Assembly: GCA_977862235.1 (NCBI GenBank)
Contig: OZ374560.1
Coordinates: 1,426,001 to 1,490,000 of the forward strand
DNA length: 64,000 nt
From: Dudresnaya verticillata
Taxonomy: Eukaryota
Reading direction: 5' to 3'
Below, in pieces: positions 1 through 13,800 of the stretch. The first letter of the stretch is position 1. Each line of letters starts with the position of its first letter. Position numbers and translations under genes: made by a program. The notes below the pieces were generated by a model. The model saw only the letters and a program-made list of their open reading frames with translations, ran no database searches and was not told where the DNA came from.

Positions 1-1709
1 ATAGTGAAAAACAGATGGTCACTAGGTCACAAGGTGGAGCAGCAAATGCTGCTGACATCGTGTTGCAGCCTGGTCAATCACTCAGCCGTTCGGAGCAGTT
101 GCTCTTGGAACAATACTATGACAGGTTTGGCTCTAAAGAATTCCTTCTTTATGACGCTCAAGGGTTGCCCCCATCCGTTACGCAAAATGCGTACATTACA
201 GAAGAAGAGAGCTTTCTCGCTACCTGCGACACAGTTCCAGTTTCCAAGGTTCCACGCGATGCAAACATAATAACAAGCCATGTTTTATATAAGATCAAGG
301 TTCAAGATGATGGCTTCAAGAGATGCAAAGCAAGAATTGCCCCGCATGGTAACAAAGACAGAGAGCGAGGTAACCTTAAAACGGATTCAGCCTCGTGTCC
401 TCCCCTAGGCTTCCGCATTTTGCTTTCAGTAGCCACCCTTTTTTGCTGGTGCTTAACCAAAATTGACGTTAAGAGTGCATTTCCTCAGTCAGGCCCGGCC
501 ATGCGCGATGTTTATGTCATTCCACCCCGGGAATGCATGAAGAAGTCACTATTCTGGTTACTACTCGCTGCTAGTTATGGTCTGGTAAATGCCAATGCAA
601 AATGGCAGCATCACTCGGATTCTACCCTTTTTGAACTTGGGCTGAAGGCAGTTTTCCATCTCCCTCAACTGTTCTACCTGGTAAGAGATGGTGCGCTCGT
701 GCTTTTGATAGCAAAGGTGGTTGATGACCTTCTAGTTACAGGTACAAAAGAAGCAAAGAAGTGGTTTATTGATGAGCTATCAAAAATATACACTCTTGGA
801 ACTATTGTACACCTCCCTGGTATGTTTTCCTTTTTTGGGCTTACCATAACACAAGATGATGAAAGGAAAATAACAATATGTGCTGATGATAAGTTGGAGA
901 GGCTGACTGCTCATACGCTGAGCCGGGTTCTCAGAAGGCAAGGTGATTCAGTCTTGAACTCTATTGAGAAATTCCAGTTTGGATCAATGAATGGTTCCTT
1001 TGGATTCCTTGGACAGAATGTGAGTCCGTTTGCCGCGTTCTCTTCTAGTTTCATGCAGCAAAGAAGAAGCTATCCTACAGTACATGACATGATTCGTTAG
1101 GATGGGTTGCTGAGGAGACTAAAAAGGATGGGGACGTTATCGCGTTTCTGTACTCCAGCATCAGGGGACTTCCCTGTAAGTGTCGCAATATTTTCTGATG
1201 CGGCTCGACCAACAACGCATGGACAGCTTGGATATATTGTCGGTTTGTTAATTGGGGAGCTTAAAACAGGATCCTTCTTTCACGTTTTAGGTTGGCGCTC
1301 ACACCTATCAAGACGACCCGCCAAGTCTAGTGCTGCTGCTGAAGTTATGGCGGCAAGTGAAGCAATCGATGATGGCAAGGCAATTGCTGCTATCTTCTCT
1401 ATACTATTGCAAGGTGCAGTCCATTTAAGTCTCATTGTGGACTCCAAAGACTTATTTACTTCCCTTTCAACGTGCAAAACTCCTCAGGACAAGTCTATTA
1501 GTGCAGATGTCCAGCTAATCCGCTACAACTTCGAGACGCATGCTCTTAACAGCGTTGTCTGGATTCCAGGAAAACTTAATTTTGCGGATGTTCTTACAAA
1601 GGTAGACAGCCCTTTGTCTGAGCGTCTTCAGCTACTGATGTTTGATGGAAAGGTCCCTTTTGATTTCACGGAATCTGAAGCAAGAACATCGAACCAGTCC
1701 TTAGGGTAA
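1..1709 (+). pseudogene. pol: 3' part of a Ty1/copia pol (RT + RNase H), GalEa-like lineage, with one in-frame stop; starts before the window
   Basis: Motifs KARIAPHGN, IDVKSAF, YGLVNA, KVVDDLL (RT) and FSDAA, AAEVMA, VDSKDLF, ADVLTK (RNase H). ORFs 15-1100 and 1107-1709 are in the same frame, separated by TAG at 1098-1100. Confidence 0.88.
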
Positions 1710-1716
1710 CAAACTC

Positions 1717-2006
1717 AAAAGAGGACGAGTGAATAACTTGGCTTGCACAAGCCGTTCAGGTCACGAGGCTCATCGTACAGATGCGTAACTTGGCTTGTAG
1801 AGCCGTTTCTGGCTTGTCGTTCAAACGCTTATACAAGCTGATATTTGTTCTTCTGTTCAATGGAATACTGTTCTATTGAAGTGTTACATTGTTACGGTTA
1901 ACTTTCTCTTATGGCAGTTCACGGTATTATGTGCAGTGTTCTGTTTATGTTTCTTTGAGTCTTTTTGCATAGTTTGAATAGCTTTCGTAGTACTTTGGTC
2001 TATTCA
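1717..2006 (+). repeat. Polypurine tract (1717-1729) and probable 3' LTR (about 1730-2006) of the upstream Copia
   Basis: AAAAGAGGACGAG lies just after the pol stop and is followed by TGAATA. An inverted TATTCA ends at 2006. The right end is uncertain because the partner LTR is outside the window. Confidence 0.5.
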
Positions 2007-3314
2007 TATTGACCAAAGCTCGTACTTCGGATGACCCAGCCATCGAAAAACACACACATACTCAACATCAATTGACTGCTTCCTTTACCACTTGCAACAC
2101 TCTACATCCACTGTTCTAGCCTGTTTTCCTGCCGCTGCACCCGTCAATTTATTAATCCTTCCCATACAGGAAAAGATATTGAATATACATCCAGTTTCTA
2201 TCAAGGAACGAAAGTACAAGTCCTGAAATGAAATTAAGGTTGCTATAAATTATCCTTTCGTTGTCACACCTCAGTTCTGACAAGACTTTGACATTGAACA
2301 GGACTCATTGTTTAGATAATACGACAGAGAGCCGCCCAGTTCTCATATGCAGATTTTGAATCCAAAATAAAGAATAATGGGCTCTCAAACTTTCCATGTT
2401 TGCCAAGCGAAATAGACCTCAGAACATTGATACTCTCTATTTTCCGAATTGAAATAGTCTAAATCAAACACAGAAATGTCCGCAATCGTTCCGTCTATTT
2501 GAATATTGTCTCGCATGAAATATCTTTGAGAGTAAACATTTTCTGAATAGATTTCTGCTGTGAGTAGTCTACAAATACTGACACTATATTTAGATATCAG
2601 GAGTCTTCCTAGACAAACGAGCAGGAGTCAAGGGCAGATTTCCGTCCTCTTGCAAGCTACAGTGTTAGGCTTCAAAATCCAGAACACTGGAATAATCGGG
2701 GTATATGAAGACTACCCAAGCGGTACAAATATCTACCATTCTATGTTTTTTTTCTAACATCAGAAGTTTCCTTTTACATCGCGACGCAGCCAACTCTTCA
2801 AAAGTAGAGGTACGAATGACTGCAATCGTTCCCTAAACTAATGAGAATTTTTGAATTGGGATTCCATCTTCAGTTCCGATATGTTTACTAGTTCTGAAGT
2901 CCCATCTGAGTCTCCAGTAGTCCTGCGTTGCAAGATCGTGCAGTAGATGCCAACAATTATACATAAAAATGTGGAATCAGAAAGTAATTGTTGAGTATAA
3001 TGCATTATTCAGTACTACTTTCTGGATGCTAAGGTATTGAACCCTGGAATAGAAGAACTCTGTTCAGAAAATGCATACTCGACAGCATGTTTGTAGTTCT
3101 ATTTTATAAACTTACTCATTGGAGTTTAGAGTTTGAAGTTTTGGAAATCATAGCAACCCCCGTCTAAAATTCGGAAGTTAAGAAAGTTGAAAACTGGTCT
3201 TCAACTATAGAAATATCAAGCGATTATACCTTTGAAAATCTTGGTTCTGACGCCAGAATTACTTCCAGTCCTTCGGGACGTTCTGTATCAAAATATGGCG
3301 TCTGTGTTCACATT

Positions 3315-4096
3315 TGTAGTGCAATCCTCCGAATGAGGGTGGCAACCAACACAACCCACGAGTCCGACGTGGGAGGGTAGCCGCGGTGACGCGTGTGAGC
3401 GCGTCCGTGCGTGATAGGGTAGAGCAAGGGGAAGGCCCCAGTGTGCGGACTGTAAACACACACCAAAGCCCGTGTGAGCACGCAGTGAGCCAGAAGGTGG
3501 GGGAATCGGCACAACAAGCGTGTAAACACGAAGGTAGAAAGGTGTCAGCACCACAGGCGTACGTAGCCCAGCTCCGCGATGTCTTCACTCGCCAAGCGCA
3601 CAGAGCTAGGGGGTACCCTAAGTGTGGAGCCGAAGCTTGGTTGGGTTTACTGTAGGAGGTCGGTCCTAGCCCCTTAAGTCCCACCGCCGGCGGCGTCGCC
3701 GCGGCGGTGGCGACTAGGGCTACTATACACTAGCAAATAAACTAACACTAGAGTACAATAAACTAACACTACAGTAGCACAGTGTACCTACTGTACACAG
3801 ACACCAGAACGCTGTAAGACTTGTAATGACGCGTGGTGTGCGCGTGTGCACGTGTCACGCGTGTTGCGGGTGTCTTGCGCGCGCTTGCGTGGTGGTGGCT
3901 GTAAGGCGGCGAGTGCGGCCCTGTTAAGGCGATTGCGGGGGAAAGCCCCCGGTGCGGGGGCGGACCCGCTACGGTGGTTGACCACTGGCCAATGGGTGAG
4001 CCCAACTTGGCGGTGCGCGTCGCGGACAGGCGTGATTGCGCGCGCGAAAAAGGGGCTATCAACCCGCTCTGCGGGCAGCCCGGGCGTTGCACCACA
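3315..4096. mobile_element. Solo LTR (782 bp) of an unidentified LTR retrotransposon
   Basis: TG...CA ends with a 9/10 inverted repeat (TGTAGTGCAA / TTGCACCACA). 5-bp TSD ACATT at 3310-3314 and 4097-4101. GC-rich relative to its AT-rich flanks. Confidence 0.85.
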
Positions 4097-4917
4097 ACAT
4101 TCGTTTAACATTCTTAGCACAGAAAGGGTTTTGTTCCACCAAATACACAACGTAAGGCATACTTTTAGAGCTCGATATTATATGTACATCTCGTTTCTCT
4201 CCTATGATTGCATGTGCATGCACTGCAGGTGCACAACAGCCTGCACCTAGATTTTGGTCTAGGTAGTACATGCCGACCAGCTGGTCGGCATCTCATGTTA
4301 TGAATTACGGATCTAACTGTTAAGATTATCACTCTTCTGTAAAAGTTAAGTCTACGTGTCCAACAAAATGGAGATTATGCTGTGGGTCCCGATGAGTTAG
4401 AAATGTGATTCTCATTGTTTCGCCTCATTCGCAAAACATGAAACACTTTCCGAAACCAAGCTTGCTGCGCAACAGTAACAACACTTACCCTCTCTCCTCA
4501 GTAGGAGACAATCCTTCCCAAAAAACACGCAACGGCCTCTTGCCAAAACTACCGGAAGGTCTTCCAAGGGAATCCACAGCACCTTGCGAATCAATTCTCA
4601 AACGCTGTCACCCGATCGGAAGAAGGAATTATTGCTTGGGGGACGCCTGAGGCCGTTTGAGACCTTGTTCCAGAACACATCTAGGCCCTTAGCTCAAGAT
4701 TTCTACTAAATGTCCACAGCAAAATGCTTCGACAGGATGGCAGTCCAACAGAGCGGACTGAAAGCGGAAGCAGAAGCAAACCATGGACAGGGATCACCGA
4801 CCACTTTCACTCCTTTGGGAAGCACGCCCTTCTTTAACTCTTGAAGTAGCTCTGGGACAGGCATCAACTGATCTCCGGTGACGAAACAGTCCCCGTCGAT
4901 GAGCGAACCCGAATGGT

Positions 4918-5703
4918 TCACTCTCGGAAAACTGAACGCGGGTTGACTGACCGGTAGTACGAAAATTCTTCGGAAGAAGCTAAGAACACTTCTAAAGTGG
5001 ATGAAGGAAAAGATGTATGGCCGATGGGTCGGGATTTAGTCTGAATGTGTTGTGACTGACTGCCTGGAAGTTTCCGATGGTTCTCTAAGAGCCGAGATCG
5101 AGTCCTGAGGAACGTCGCACGACTCTTAATCCGATCAGAACGACTCTTGGATATATGAGAATGAATCTTCAGATCTTGTAATCGAGTCTTAAGGATTATT
5201 GACGGCTGTCTGCAGACGTTTCGGAGTGGAGGCAACCGAGCCTTGAGGACTTTTGACGACCTTGTGTAGACGTTTTGGAGTGTTGGATGAAACCACGTTC
5301 TGCAAACTACAGAGTTAGCCCTCAAGAGTGGTTCACGTCCTTTGCGAGCTCCAGAAGATTTGAAACTTGCTTCACGACTCTTGAGGAGATCTTCATCTAC
5401 CTGAACACGGTTGAATGTGGTCAACGCAACTCCTTGCGAGTCCTGACGAAGCCTTCTGATCTTGTACTGGAGTTCAAGAGCTGCTGAAGATTTTGGAACT
5501 GCTCGACAAGGCTTGATACGATCTTGCATTATCTGGAGACGGTCGAATGCGGCCAACGGTACTCCTTGCAAGTCCTGAAGACACCTTCTACGCCTGTATT
5601 GGAAGGCGCCAGCTGCCTTGGTAGAAACAGGGTCGGGGTTGATACAGACCAGATGGTATAAGTGAAGTTCTGGGTCTTGTCTGGGAAGCTTCATGGCCAC
5701 CAC
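4918..5703 (-). other. Possible ORF (261 aa) with an internal 132-bp (44-aa) imperfect duplication; function unknown
   Basis: RRCLQDLQGVPLAAFDRLQ vs RRLRQDSQGVALTTFNRVQ, 44 codons apart. No recognisable domain. Confidence 0.3.
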
Positions 5704-5854
5704 GAAATGCGCAACTCAGAGGGATTAGATAACAAAATGGGAAAGATTGAAACGTGCATTTATTCGTGAACATCTCGGTGCAAGTTGAGCACTTTCCTTT
5801 GGCGAATCGATATAAATGTACAAGGCTCTTGACGAAAGCCGCTTTGAGCTTCAA

Positions 5855-6140
5855 TGCATTCCGTTTACAGGAACCAATCCATCACAGAGGTGGGAAAGAG
5901 AGGGTCTTAGGACAGTCTAATGAAATGGACCAATCCTAACAGTCCGTCGAGCGACAGGGAACGTCTGATCTACCAATAAACGTTTCCCTTTTGAATCCTC
6001 ACAATTGCATCCCATGTACAGGAACCTGTCTTCCATACAGAAGAAGAAAGGGAGGGGCTTAGGACAGTCTAATAGAGCGGACCAATCCCAACAGTCCATC
6101 CAACGATCAGGGATAGCTCACCTACCAATGAAACTTTGTT
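5855..6140. repeat. Imperfect tandem duplication, unit about 152 bp
   Basis: TTAGGACAGTCTAAT at 5907 and 6059, with matching flanks (TACAGGAACC, GGACCAATCC, ACAGTCC, CTACCAAT). Confidence 0.75.
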
Positions 6141-6529
6141 TTTCTAATCTTCGTAATGTCGTCCAGCCTTCATTTGCCAAGCGCGCCAAATTTTTCAATC
6201 AATTTCAGTGTAGTATTCGCGGGGAGTTCAGAGACAACAACGCACGATGCACATTCCCCCACGTTGAAGTGCGATATTCAGCGAAGTTCCTATGAAGTAT
6301 GATTTAGCTGAGAAACCGTCTCCCTGTTGGCGGGGATTGGTCTGCTTGGTCCACGTTGTGTGTCCGTTTCCCGTCCCTATTCGGAAGTGATTGCTTCTCG
6401 TTTAAGACGGCTTTCTTCTTCTACATTCGGCACAATTCCCGATCAACGTACCTGTCCACAACTGTGCCTGTTCGAGTCCACATCGAGGCCTGATTTGGAG
6501 AGAAGACAAATTCAGGAACTCGCATGAGC

Positions 6530-6600
6530 TCTTTGATATAATTATATCAAAGATATCAATATCATATATCAAAGATATCAATATCATATATCAAAGATAT
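6530..6600. repeat. 24-bp perfect palindrome overlapping a 22-bp tandem repeat (about 2.6 copies)
   Basis: TCTTTGATATAATTATATCAAAGA at 6530-6553; unit TATATCAAAGATATCAATATCA from 6543. Confidence 0.85.
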
Positions 6601-7782
6601 AAGTACGTCAAGAAGCCAGTGGTACCAAAAGGTTCAGAGCGCAAAATGAGTTAAGAGGCCAGCGATATGCCTACAGGAATTTGTTTACAGTTCAATGCAG
6701 CACTCTACTCCGGGTTAAAAGAAAAAGAATTCATGTTGCATCAAATTTGTCACCCACAAGAATTTCCAAGCATCCTTTTAACGCCGAATATGACACAGAA
6801 GACTCCATAGAGTGGAGTATACCCGGTATACGTGGCTCAAGAATTGCTCAGCCACGCTCACAGATGCAGCCGTGCCCAAAGAGCTCAGTGAGCGTGGCTG
6901 CGCAATTCACACATCCTTGAACCACGTATAGAAAACAATTCAGATTACTATCTCCTCACATGATTCCAATGTCACAAATTGTACGTTTTCATACACTTGT
7001 CTGCTGCAACGACGTTTCAGCAGAATGGGGTAGAGGATACCATTTCTCCTTCTCATCACTCTGGAGTGCTTGTATTGTTGTTCTGTAGAGAAGATACACA
7101 ATGGCTCTAGATCTGTAGGAAATGACAGTTGCAGAGCTAGTGGTCTGCGCGTAGGCGGGCCCACAATTCCGTGGCATGACTATATGATGGTGACAGCAAG
7201 TCGAATCCAGAAACATCTTCATCAGCTACTTCTGCAGCAATTTTTCAAACTCAATACAATAAGATCAATTTCACTTGCGCACGCAGATGCCATTGGTCTC
7301 ATACGCATCTGTTTCCCACTCGTCGCTGCGAATTGACCAAACCTGGCAGATATATCTCTCACTTTAGTGCGATTCCCGTATCTATCGCAGGACATTCTCA
7401 GGTACGATGGGCTGATCTTCGTATATATTACATTGTTCACACTATAACCCATTGTTGTACGGAAATATTGTAAATGGCAGAAATGCTTCATGGACTCAGC
7501 TGTAATTTAGGAGACTACGAGTGGGAAATGAGAAATTTACTAGTTCAATTTCCCCCAGGTATTGTGGCATGCGCATATGCGCATCATAGGATATTCTTAA
7601 CATTTACAACAGTCGGTCTCTCAGTGTGTGTGTGCAAATAGAAAGATAATTGCATCGCAATACACGGCCATGCGTGTGCGGTTGGTGATGGCAGGCTTAC
7701 CTGTCTGCATGAATTTATGACCAGCGGCAAAACTACTGTTTCAATCTAGAGATTCACAACTGCCGGTGTTTTTGAACAGGAG

Positions 7783-10258
7783 TTGAAATTCAGTATTTTC
7801 AGGAATCTGATGATGGAACTGTCAAACGACCTGCCGTTGCTCCCACGTTTCGCCATCGAGACTGCTGTTGCTTCATCCTCAAACCCGCCTGGTCGCGTCA
7901 GTTTCAACTTCTGGAAATATCTACATCTCAATTTGGAAAAGCTCTGTGTGATCGACGCCATCCATCCTATAGGACCAGACAGCGATGCAGGTATGCTTGT
8001 TGCGCCAAAAAGGATGGACTTGAGCCTCCTTTTGAAGCATTTATTATTCAGGGAAGTAGGAGTTGTTTCGAGGTATTCTAATGCATTAACGACTCCTGAA
8101 GAGGAGGAGGCGTCCCTAGACATCAATATTTTCTCTCTTGTAGCGCCCAAGGCCCAGATCTGTCGGTTTGGATTGGTATAAAGCTCCCCGAAATAACCTC
8201 TGCTGCGGATCAGATCCCGTCTACAAGCTTGTAGACCTAGCCCCTGAACCAGGTATTTCAAACTCCAATCTCACAGACGTTGCCGACAGACGTCGAGTGG
8301 TTACTCCTTTCCAGGATGGCTGAAGAGAGTTCTTCTGCTTCTGTTACCAGGAAAGGTGTTGAGGACGCTCTCAAATTTGACAGAAGTGTGTTAGAAGAAC
8401 GATTTTCGTCTACCCTTCGTCAAAATCTCATCTCGTTTGGGGAAAGATTCAAGACCAACTGGAGGATCACTCTAAGACGCTAGACAACAGTCTAGGACGC
8501 GTTTTGGCGACTCGATTGGCTCTTCTTCAAGAAAGTCTGGGATCTTTGCGACAAGCCCCGGGTTGTGCACAAAATTCCCTGGGAAAAAGGTTAAGGAAGG
8601 AGTAGATCTTTGTCGAAGTGGAGGGGATTCACAAGATTACTGAGAGGCAGAGACTCATTTGCAGTCTTACAAGAACGCTTGTTTTGTACTTGTCGCATGA
8701 TTTGGATATTGTACTCAATCCACAAGATCAAAACACTCCTGAGATGGATCTCGCTATGATGGGATCGAGCGCTTTAAGTGATTTTCTTTTTGCCAAGCAG
8801 AGAGGACAAACCAAGAAGGTCCACGGCTCCGGCCTGGTCCGGGAGTCTTCATCCATTGTAAAAATGTTGTTCTTCGACTCCTGGTATCGGCAAGGGGCGG
8901 GAGCCTATTTAAGACTCTTGCTCAGAAGGAGAATCGAAGAGAAACCGTATAGGAACATCAGATCCCGGACTGGCTCCTGCTCTTCTTCTTGGAGGCTGCG
9001 AAATCTGTGACTGGCAATCGTGAACTTGGTAGGATGGACCCAGACAATCCAACTCCTTTGGAAGTTTTAGGAACGGCTGAAGTGCAGGCGATTTCAGACA
9101 TGTTCGATGATAAGACAATGAAGGATGTTAGAATCAAGGAGAACAGTCTGGAAAAAAGCGGTAGTTCGTGTATTTCACTCCTTAGAGGCATACAGAAACT
9201 CAACAAGCCCTGGAAAGAAGTTCAAGCGCAAAAAGGGCCTGGATAATTATGAGACAAGTGTTCTGGACGCTCGAATAGAGACTTTCGACTTGGCAGTTAG
9301 TTGTATCAGGACTGTAGTCTCCAACGTAATTTCAGAAGGCCGTCTGAAGGCGAGAGATTTTCTCTTTAATGCTTTCGGATTCATTCTCTGTGGCAAGAAG
9401 TCAAAGCATTCCGACGCCCGGTCATTCTTTATTTCTCTTCCGAACCTATCATCTGCCGAATCACAGAAGATGAAGAACATCGCAGCTTTCTACAAGTCGG
9501 TTGGCAAATCTTTCGTCTCTAGATCAGGGCTTAGTCCCGTACAACTACAGGAAATTGACAAGAAGAACCTTAAGAGGTTCAATGAAATGAGATCTAACTT
9601 CAGGAGCTTCCAATGCGAGATCCAGTACCAAGCATTCTATAAGGATCCGAGCTGCAGATCAGCCCAAACTGATGAAGATACAGGAGCAAGGGATTCCTAT
9701 GATGCCTCCTCAGGGATTAAAACCGTGAACAGGAGTGAGAAAGTCTGTGTGCACAAGACTACTCTTCGGTTCCTGGCAGAAGAGACCCGTTCTGATACCA
9801 ACCTCTCTATCATGAGAAGCGATGTCGGATCTCTAAGGTCTATTCATGTTATCGCTCTTGCTTTTCGCGGCATCATTGGACAGACCCTGGGAGAAGATCT
9901 TTCCTCTCTGGAGACGGTCTCATTGGGAAATACCTTCCTCAACGCTTTTTGCAAGGATCAATTCCAGGAGTCAACCGATACCACCGAGGATAATGACGAG
10001 GATGTGAGGGACATACAACCCGACTCCCAAAAAGTAATGAGAGTGAGTTTGTTCCCTTATGATCCTGCTGCGGAGCGCAAGAAGGTGGAGAGGAGAACGA
10101 CATTGACAAAGAAGGAGTTTGACGACATCATAGGCCATGACGATGACTTTGACAGCATTAAAGACGATCAAGACAGTGGAATAGTGGATGAAGAGCTGGA
10201 AGAGGACTCCCACGAGTGTGTAGAACTTGGCGAGGATGATATGGACCCAAACATGTAG
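7783..10258 (+). pseudogene. Large decayed ORF of unknown function, probable transposon accessory gene
   Basis: Successive + strand ORF pieces (7783-8181, 8280-8483, 8618-9010, 8989-9246, 9125-10258) with protein-like composition and an acidic C-terminus. Convergent with the transposase. No domain recognised. Confidence 0.55.
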
Positions 10259-10845
10259 ACGCTTCTGGGACTTTCAAATATTAGCCAAGATTGAATGGAA
10301 AGTAAACAAAACAGCTACATAGGCGATCAATGTTTCTCAAATATCTTCACTATTCCGTGATTGATCTCTCAACGGGTTTCCTAACTCGTCAGGAGTGGTC
10401 AACAACAGCTGTTGTTGATCAATCCTACCAATTGGTGTTAATACGTTTAACATGTTAATCAGGAGTGAACCTTCAATCGCCACAGCAGTTGTGCAAACTA
10501 AAAAGCCCTTTCGGCACTAAAGAGTTCGAAAGTACTTTTACTATACTGCAGTTGCTCTACCAAAGCCTTTTCTAAGCCAATTCAGCATACTCCTGCAAAT
10601 GTCAACGAGGAATGCACGCCCAGTCGAAGCACCAATGTTTTGTATACACAGAAAACAATTACGATGATAGTTCATTTTAGAATGCTTCTACGACTGATCT
10701 GTAAATGATATATCTTTTAAGCGCGATATATCGCACTTGCGCTCGATATGCGAATCATGCATAACATTATTGTGATATTCTTAATTTCCAGCTCGCAAAA
10801 GTACAGTTCTTTCAGGGTTATAACCGTGGAGGTAGCAACCCACCC

Positions 10846-13800
10846 TTATATATAAATCCTACGAGGAGGGTATCCTCCAGCCCTGCTCATGATATAGAAA
10901 GAGGAACTTAATATATGCTTACCGTGTTGCATGCGACCCCATGTTAAAGGCCCACAGGAGCCAGCGCAGTTGTGCAAGACTCCAACCTTGCGGCAAGAAC
11001 TTCCCAGAAATATGATATTCAAATCACTCTCCCCCGTGGAAGCTGTGTAGAGTGCTCTCTGCAGATCTGCACAGACCCCCTTCTTGTCGCACTGTAGAGC
11101 AAGAGCTCCTGTCCTGTCCTAATACCTAAAGAAGGAAAGCACAAGCGAGTAGGAGATAAGGCTGGGTGCCAACTCTCCTCTTGTCCCAGTGAAAGCTTCC
11201 TGCACTCGAAGTGACCTTGGAGATCGAAGTATTGCCTGCATCAAACAACCCGAGAACATATCATATGACGGGGGTAAACGCCCTTCAGAATCTGAAACCA
11301 GTGAGTCCCTCTCGCAAAGCACTGCCTTGTTGTCATACTTCGTGTTCAAGACTCGAAATCCAAGGGCCTTCCACTTCTGAAAAATTTGCCAAGCCCTGGT
11401 GTTGCCTATGCTTTCAGCGAAAAGATAAGGACATGTTAAGTTCTCTGCAATTTCTTTTGCCGGGCTATCCTTCCTTTCCTTCCATGTCTCCCATGTTTGA
11501 TTGTTGATTCCGAATTCATCCTTCCCGATTCCGATTATCGCCCTATCTGCCATTTTTAGTACTGTGTCAAGAAGCATATCATTCCCAATTCTACTCATGA
11601 CTAGGTCGCTGTCACCCTCTAGAACCATACCTTTCCTCTCAGCAATAGCTTCCCGTCCGTATAGGAGTTGAATCATTCCTCTTGTCGCTCTTTCCTTTCT
11701 TCGGGAATCCTCTTCTTGTCGCAAAGCTCGCAATAGCATAGTAATTATGCCTTGCCAGTCATTCATTGCTGCAGCAGAAAACCCTGTCAGATGGTAGTCT
11801 TTATGACGAGCTCTCACGACTGACCTCTTTAGAATTTGATGAGCTTGCTCGAAAACTAGTTCCGGCACTCTTGACACACTTCCAACCATTGGCAAGAGAA
11901 CTTCTCCAAGTTCCAACAATCTATGGACATTCGGACGATCGAGGTGTTCTCGGATCTTGACGATATCCCTCAACTCTTGTTCAAGCCATTTCTTCTTCCT
12001 GTCATTGGCATCCCTCTCACCTCGGTTCTTCCTCCTGTAGCTTATATCTTTGAGATGTAAATTTACCTTTCGAAGCTTGTTGAGCCTTGCAACCGGAAAT
12101 GAACAAATGTCTTCGAGTAACTGAAGATGACGCCTGATATCTTGCTGCAGCTTTGATATTCGAGATTTTCCAGACTTCTTTTGGAACTCCTGTAGTCTGT
12201 CTAAGCCGTCGACAGATATACTTGGCGTGTACCATAAATCGGAAACAAGAGTTGAAAAGGAACCAAGAAGAGATATGACTTGTTGGCACTTTTTTGAAGG
12301 CTTCTTGACATTTTGTGATACTCATGAACCCCTTCCGGTACTTCTGGAACTTCAAGGAATTGCTGGATCCAAGCGAGAATTTAAAACGTCTTCTGGATTC
12401 GCATTCATCTGTTCATAACACTTGATGGACTTACGGAAGGCCCATTCCGAAACAAACAGTAGTGCGTAACACTCACTCAACGACATACTGTATATAAGTC
12501 CAGTCTTTTCGTCTAAAACACGATTTTGTGTCGGTAGACCACACTCAGTCATTGCGGAAACTGCGAAAATGTCAAAGAGCTTTCTGTGCTTTGGAGTCGG
12601 TAGTACTTGCAGAACGTCATTGGTGCAAGTTTTTCCAAGACCAGTCAGGAGATGATCGGGTCCCACCAAGAGACCAGCATACGGATTAAACCGCCCTGGG
12701 AGAAGGCGGTTTCCAGTATCCAAGAGTGGTATGTGGTGCCGAGATCTTGAAATACCCATCGCAATATCTAACAGGTGTTTTCCCTGAACTTCATCTCGGG
12801 TTTGAATTCCGAGTATCCGTAGAATTTCTGGGTCTACGTCTGAAGATCGAATTGAATTGTGACGCTCCGAGGATCTCTGAGCAAATTCTCTTCCCCCGTG
12901 TACATCCGTTGATGTGTACCTCGGATAACAAGGGATCATTTCACCTTCCATACTCTCCTTCACAGCGCTAGATCTCAAAAATCTGCACAGGTGACAGCAA
13001 GCGTCACCCATGTGCCCTAATGCCTCATTCAATGCCAATGTATCTCCTTCGCTAGCCACAAGATACAAGAAGATAGTAATTGGATTCCCATAAGAATCGT
13101 AGTCTTCGAACTCTGTCCTCATTCCAGTGATAATATCACTCTTCATTATCTCCAAAACGGCATCAAATCTTACTCCTGGCGGTGTCAGAGACAATATCCT
13201 CACGGCTGAACTGGAAGCTCGCATTGCAGGTGGTATGTTCAAACATAAAATACAGATACCCTCTACAGATGCCTTCTTACCCTCGGTTATCTGGAAACCA
13301 TCCCAGTATAGAACATAGCGGTAGATAATATATCGCTTCGATGGGATACCTAGTAGGAACCCGACACTAGAAATCGCCTTTGATTAGGAAGCACTTCTCT
13401 CAACACCATGCGGGGAGGCAACGCAAATCTTCAAAATGCGAAGCATGCATTTGACGTATCTCTCAGTGTCGCCACCACTTCTCTGTGTTCTTCCAGAACT
13501 CTGGGTTGGTATTTTCAGAAATCTCAGCAGATCCTCCAAATATTCAACAATATGCTCTCTAGAACAAGACGAACAGTCAAGCCAAAGGGCAAACCGAGAG
13601 CCTTCTGGACCTTCTCTCATAAATCTGTGGACGAGGACTATCCAAGAGTTATAGCTTGCAACACCAGAAGTGTATTGCGGAGTTCTTAGTAGACAAAATG
13701 TTTTCCCGATTTGCAGATTCCCTGTTCAGAACCAATGAAGCCACTTTGCACAGAGAAGACGGACATGATAGATTTCTCCAATTGACAAAGACTGGAACTA

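Noticed and set aside
1098..1100. Programmed stop read-through between RT and RNase H
   Set aside because: Copia RT-RNase H is normally continuous and the copy shows other decay (SAFPQ for the usual AFLQ), so a nonsense mutation is simpler.
9125..10258. Tyrosine recombinase (HKTTLR as an HxxR-like motif)
   Set aside because: The spacing is wrong and no convincing R...HxxR...Y catalytic set is visible.
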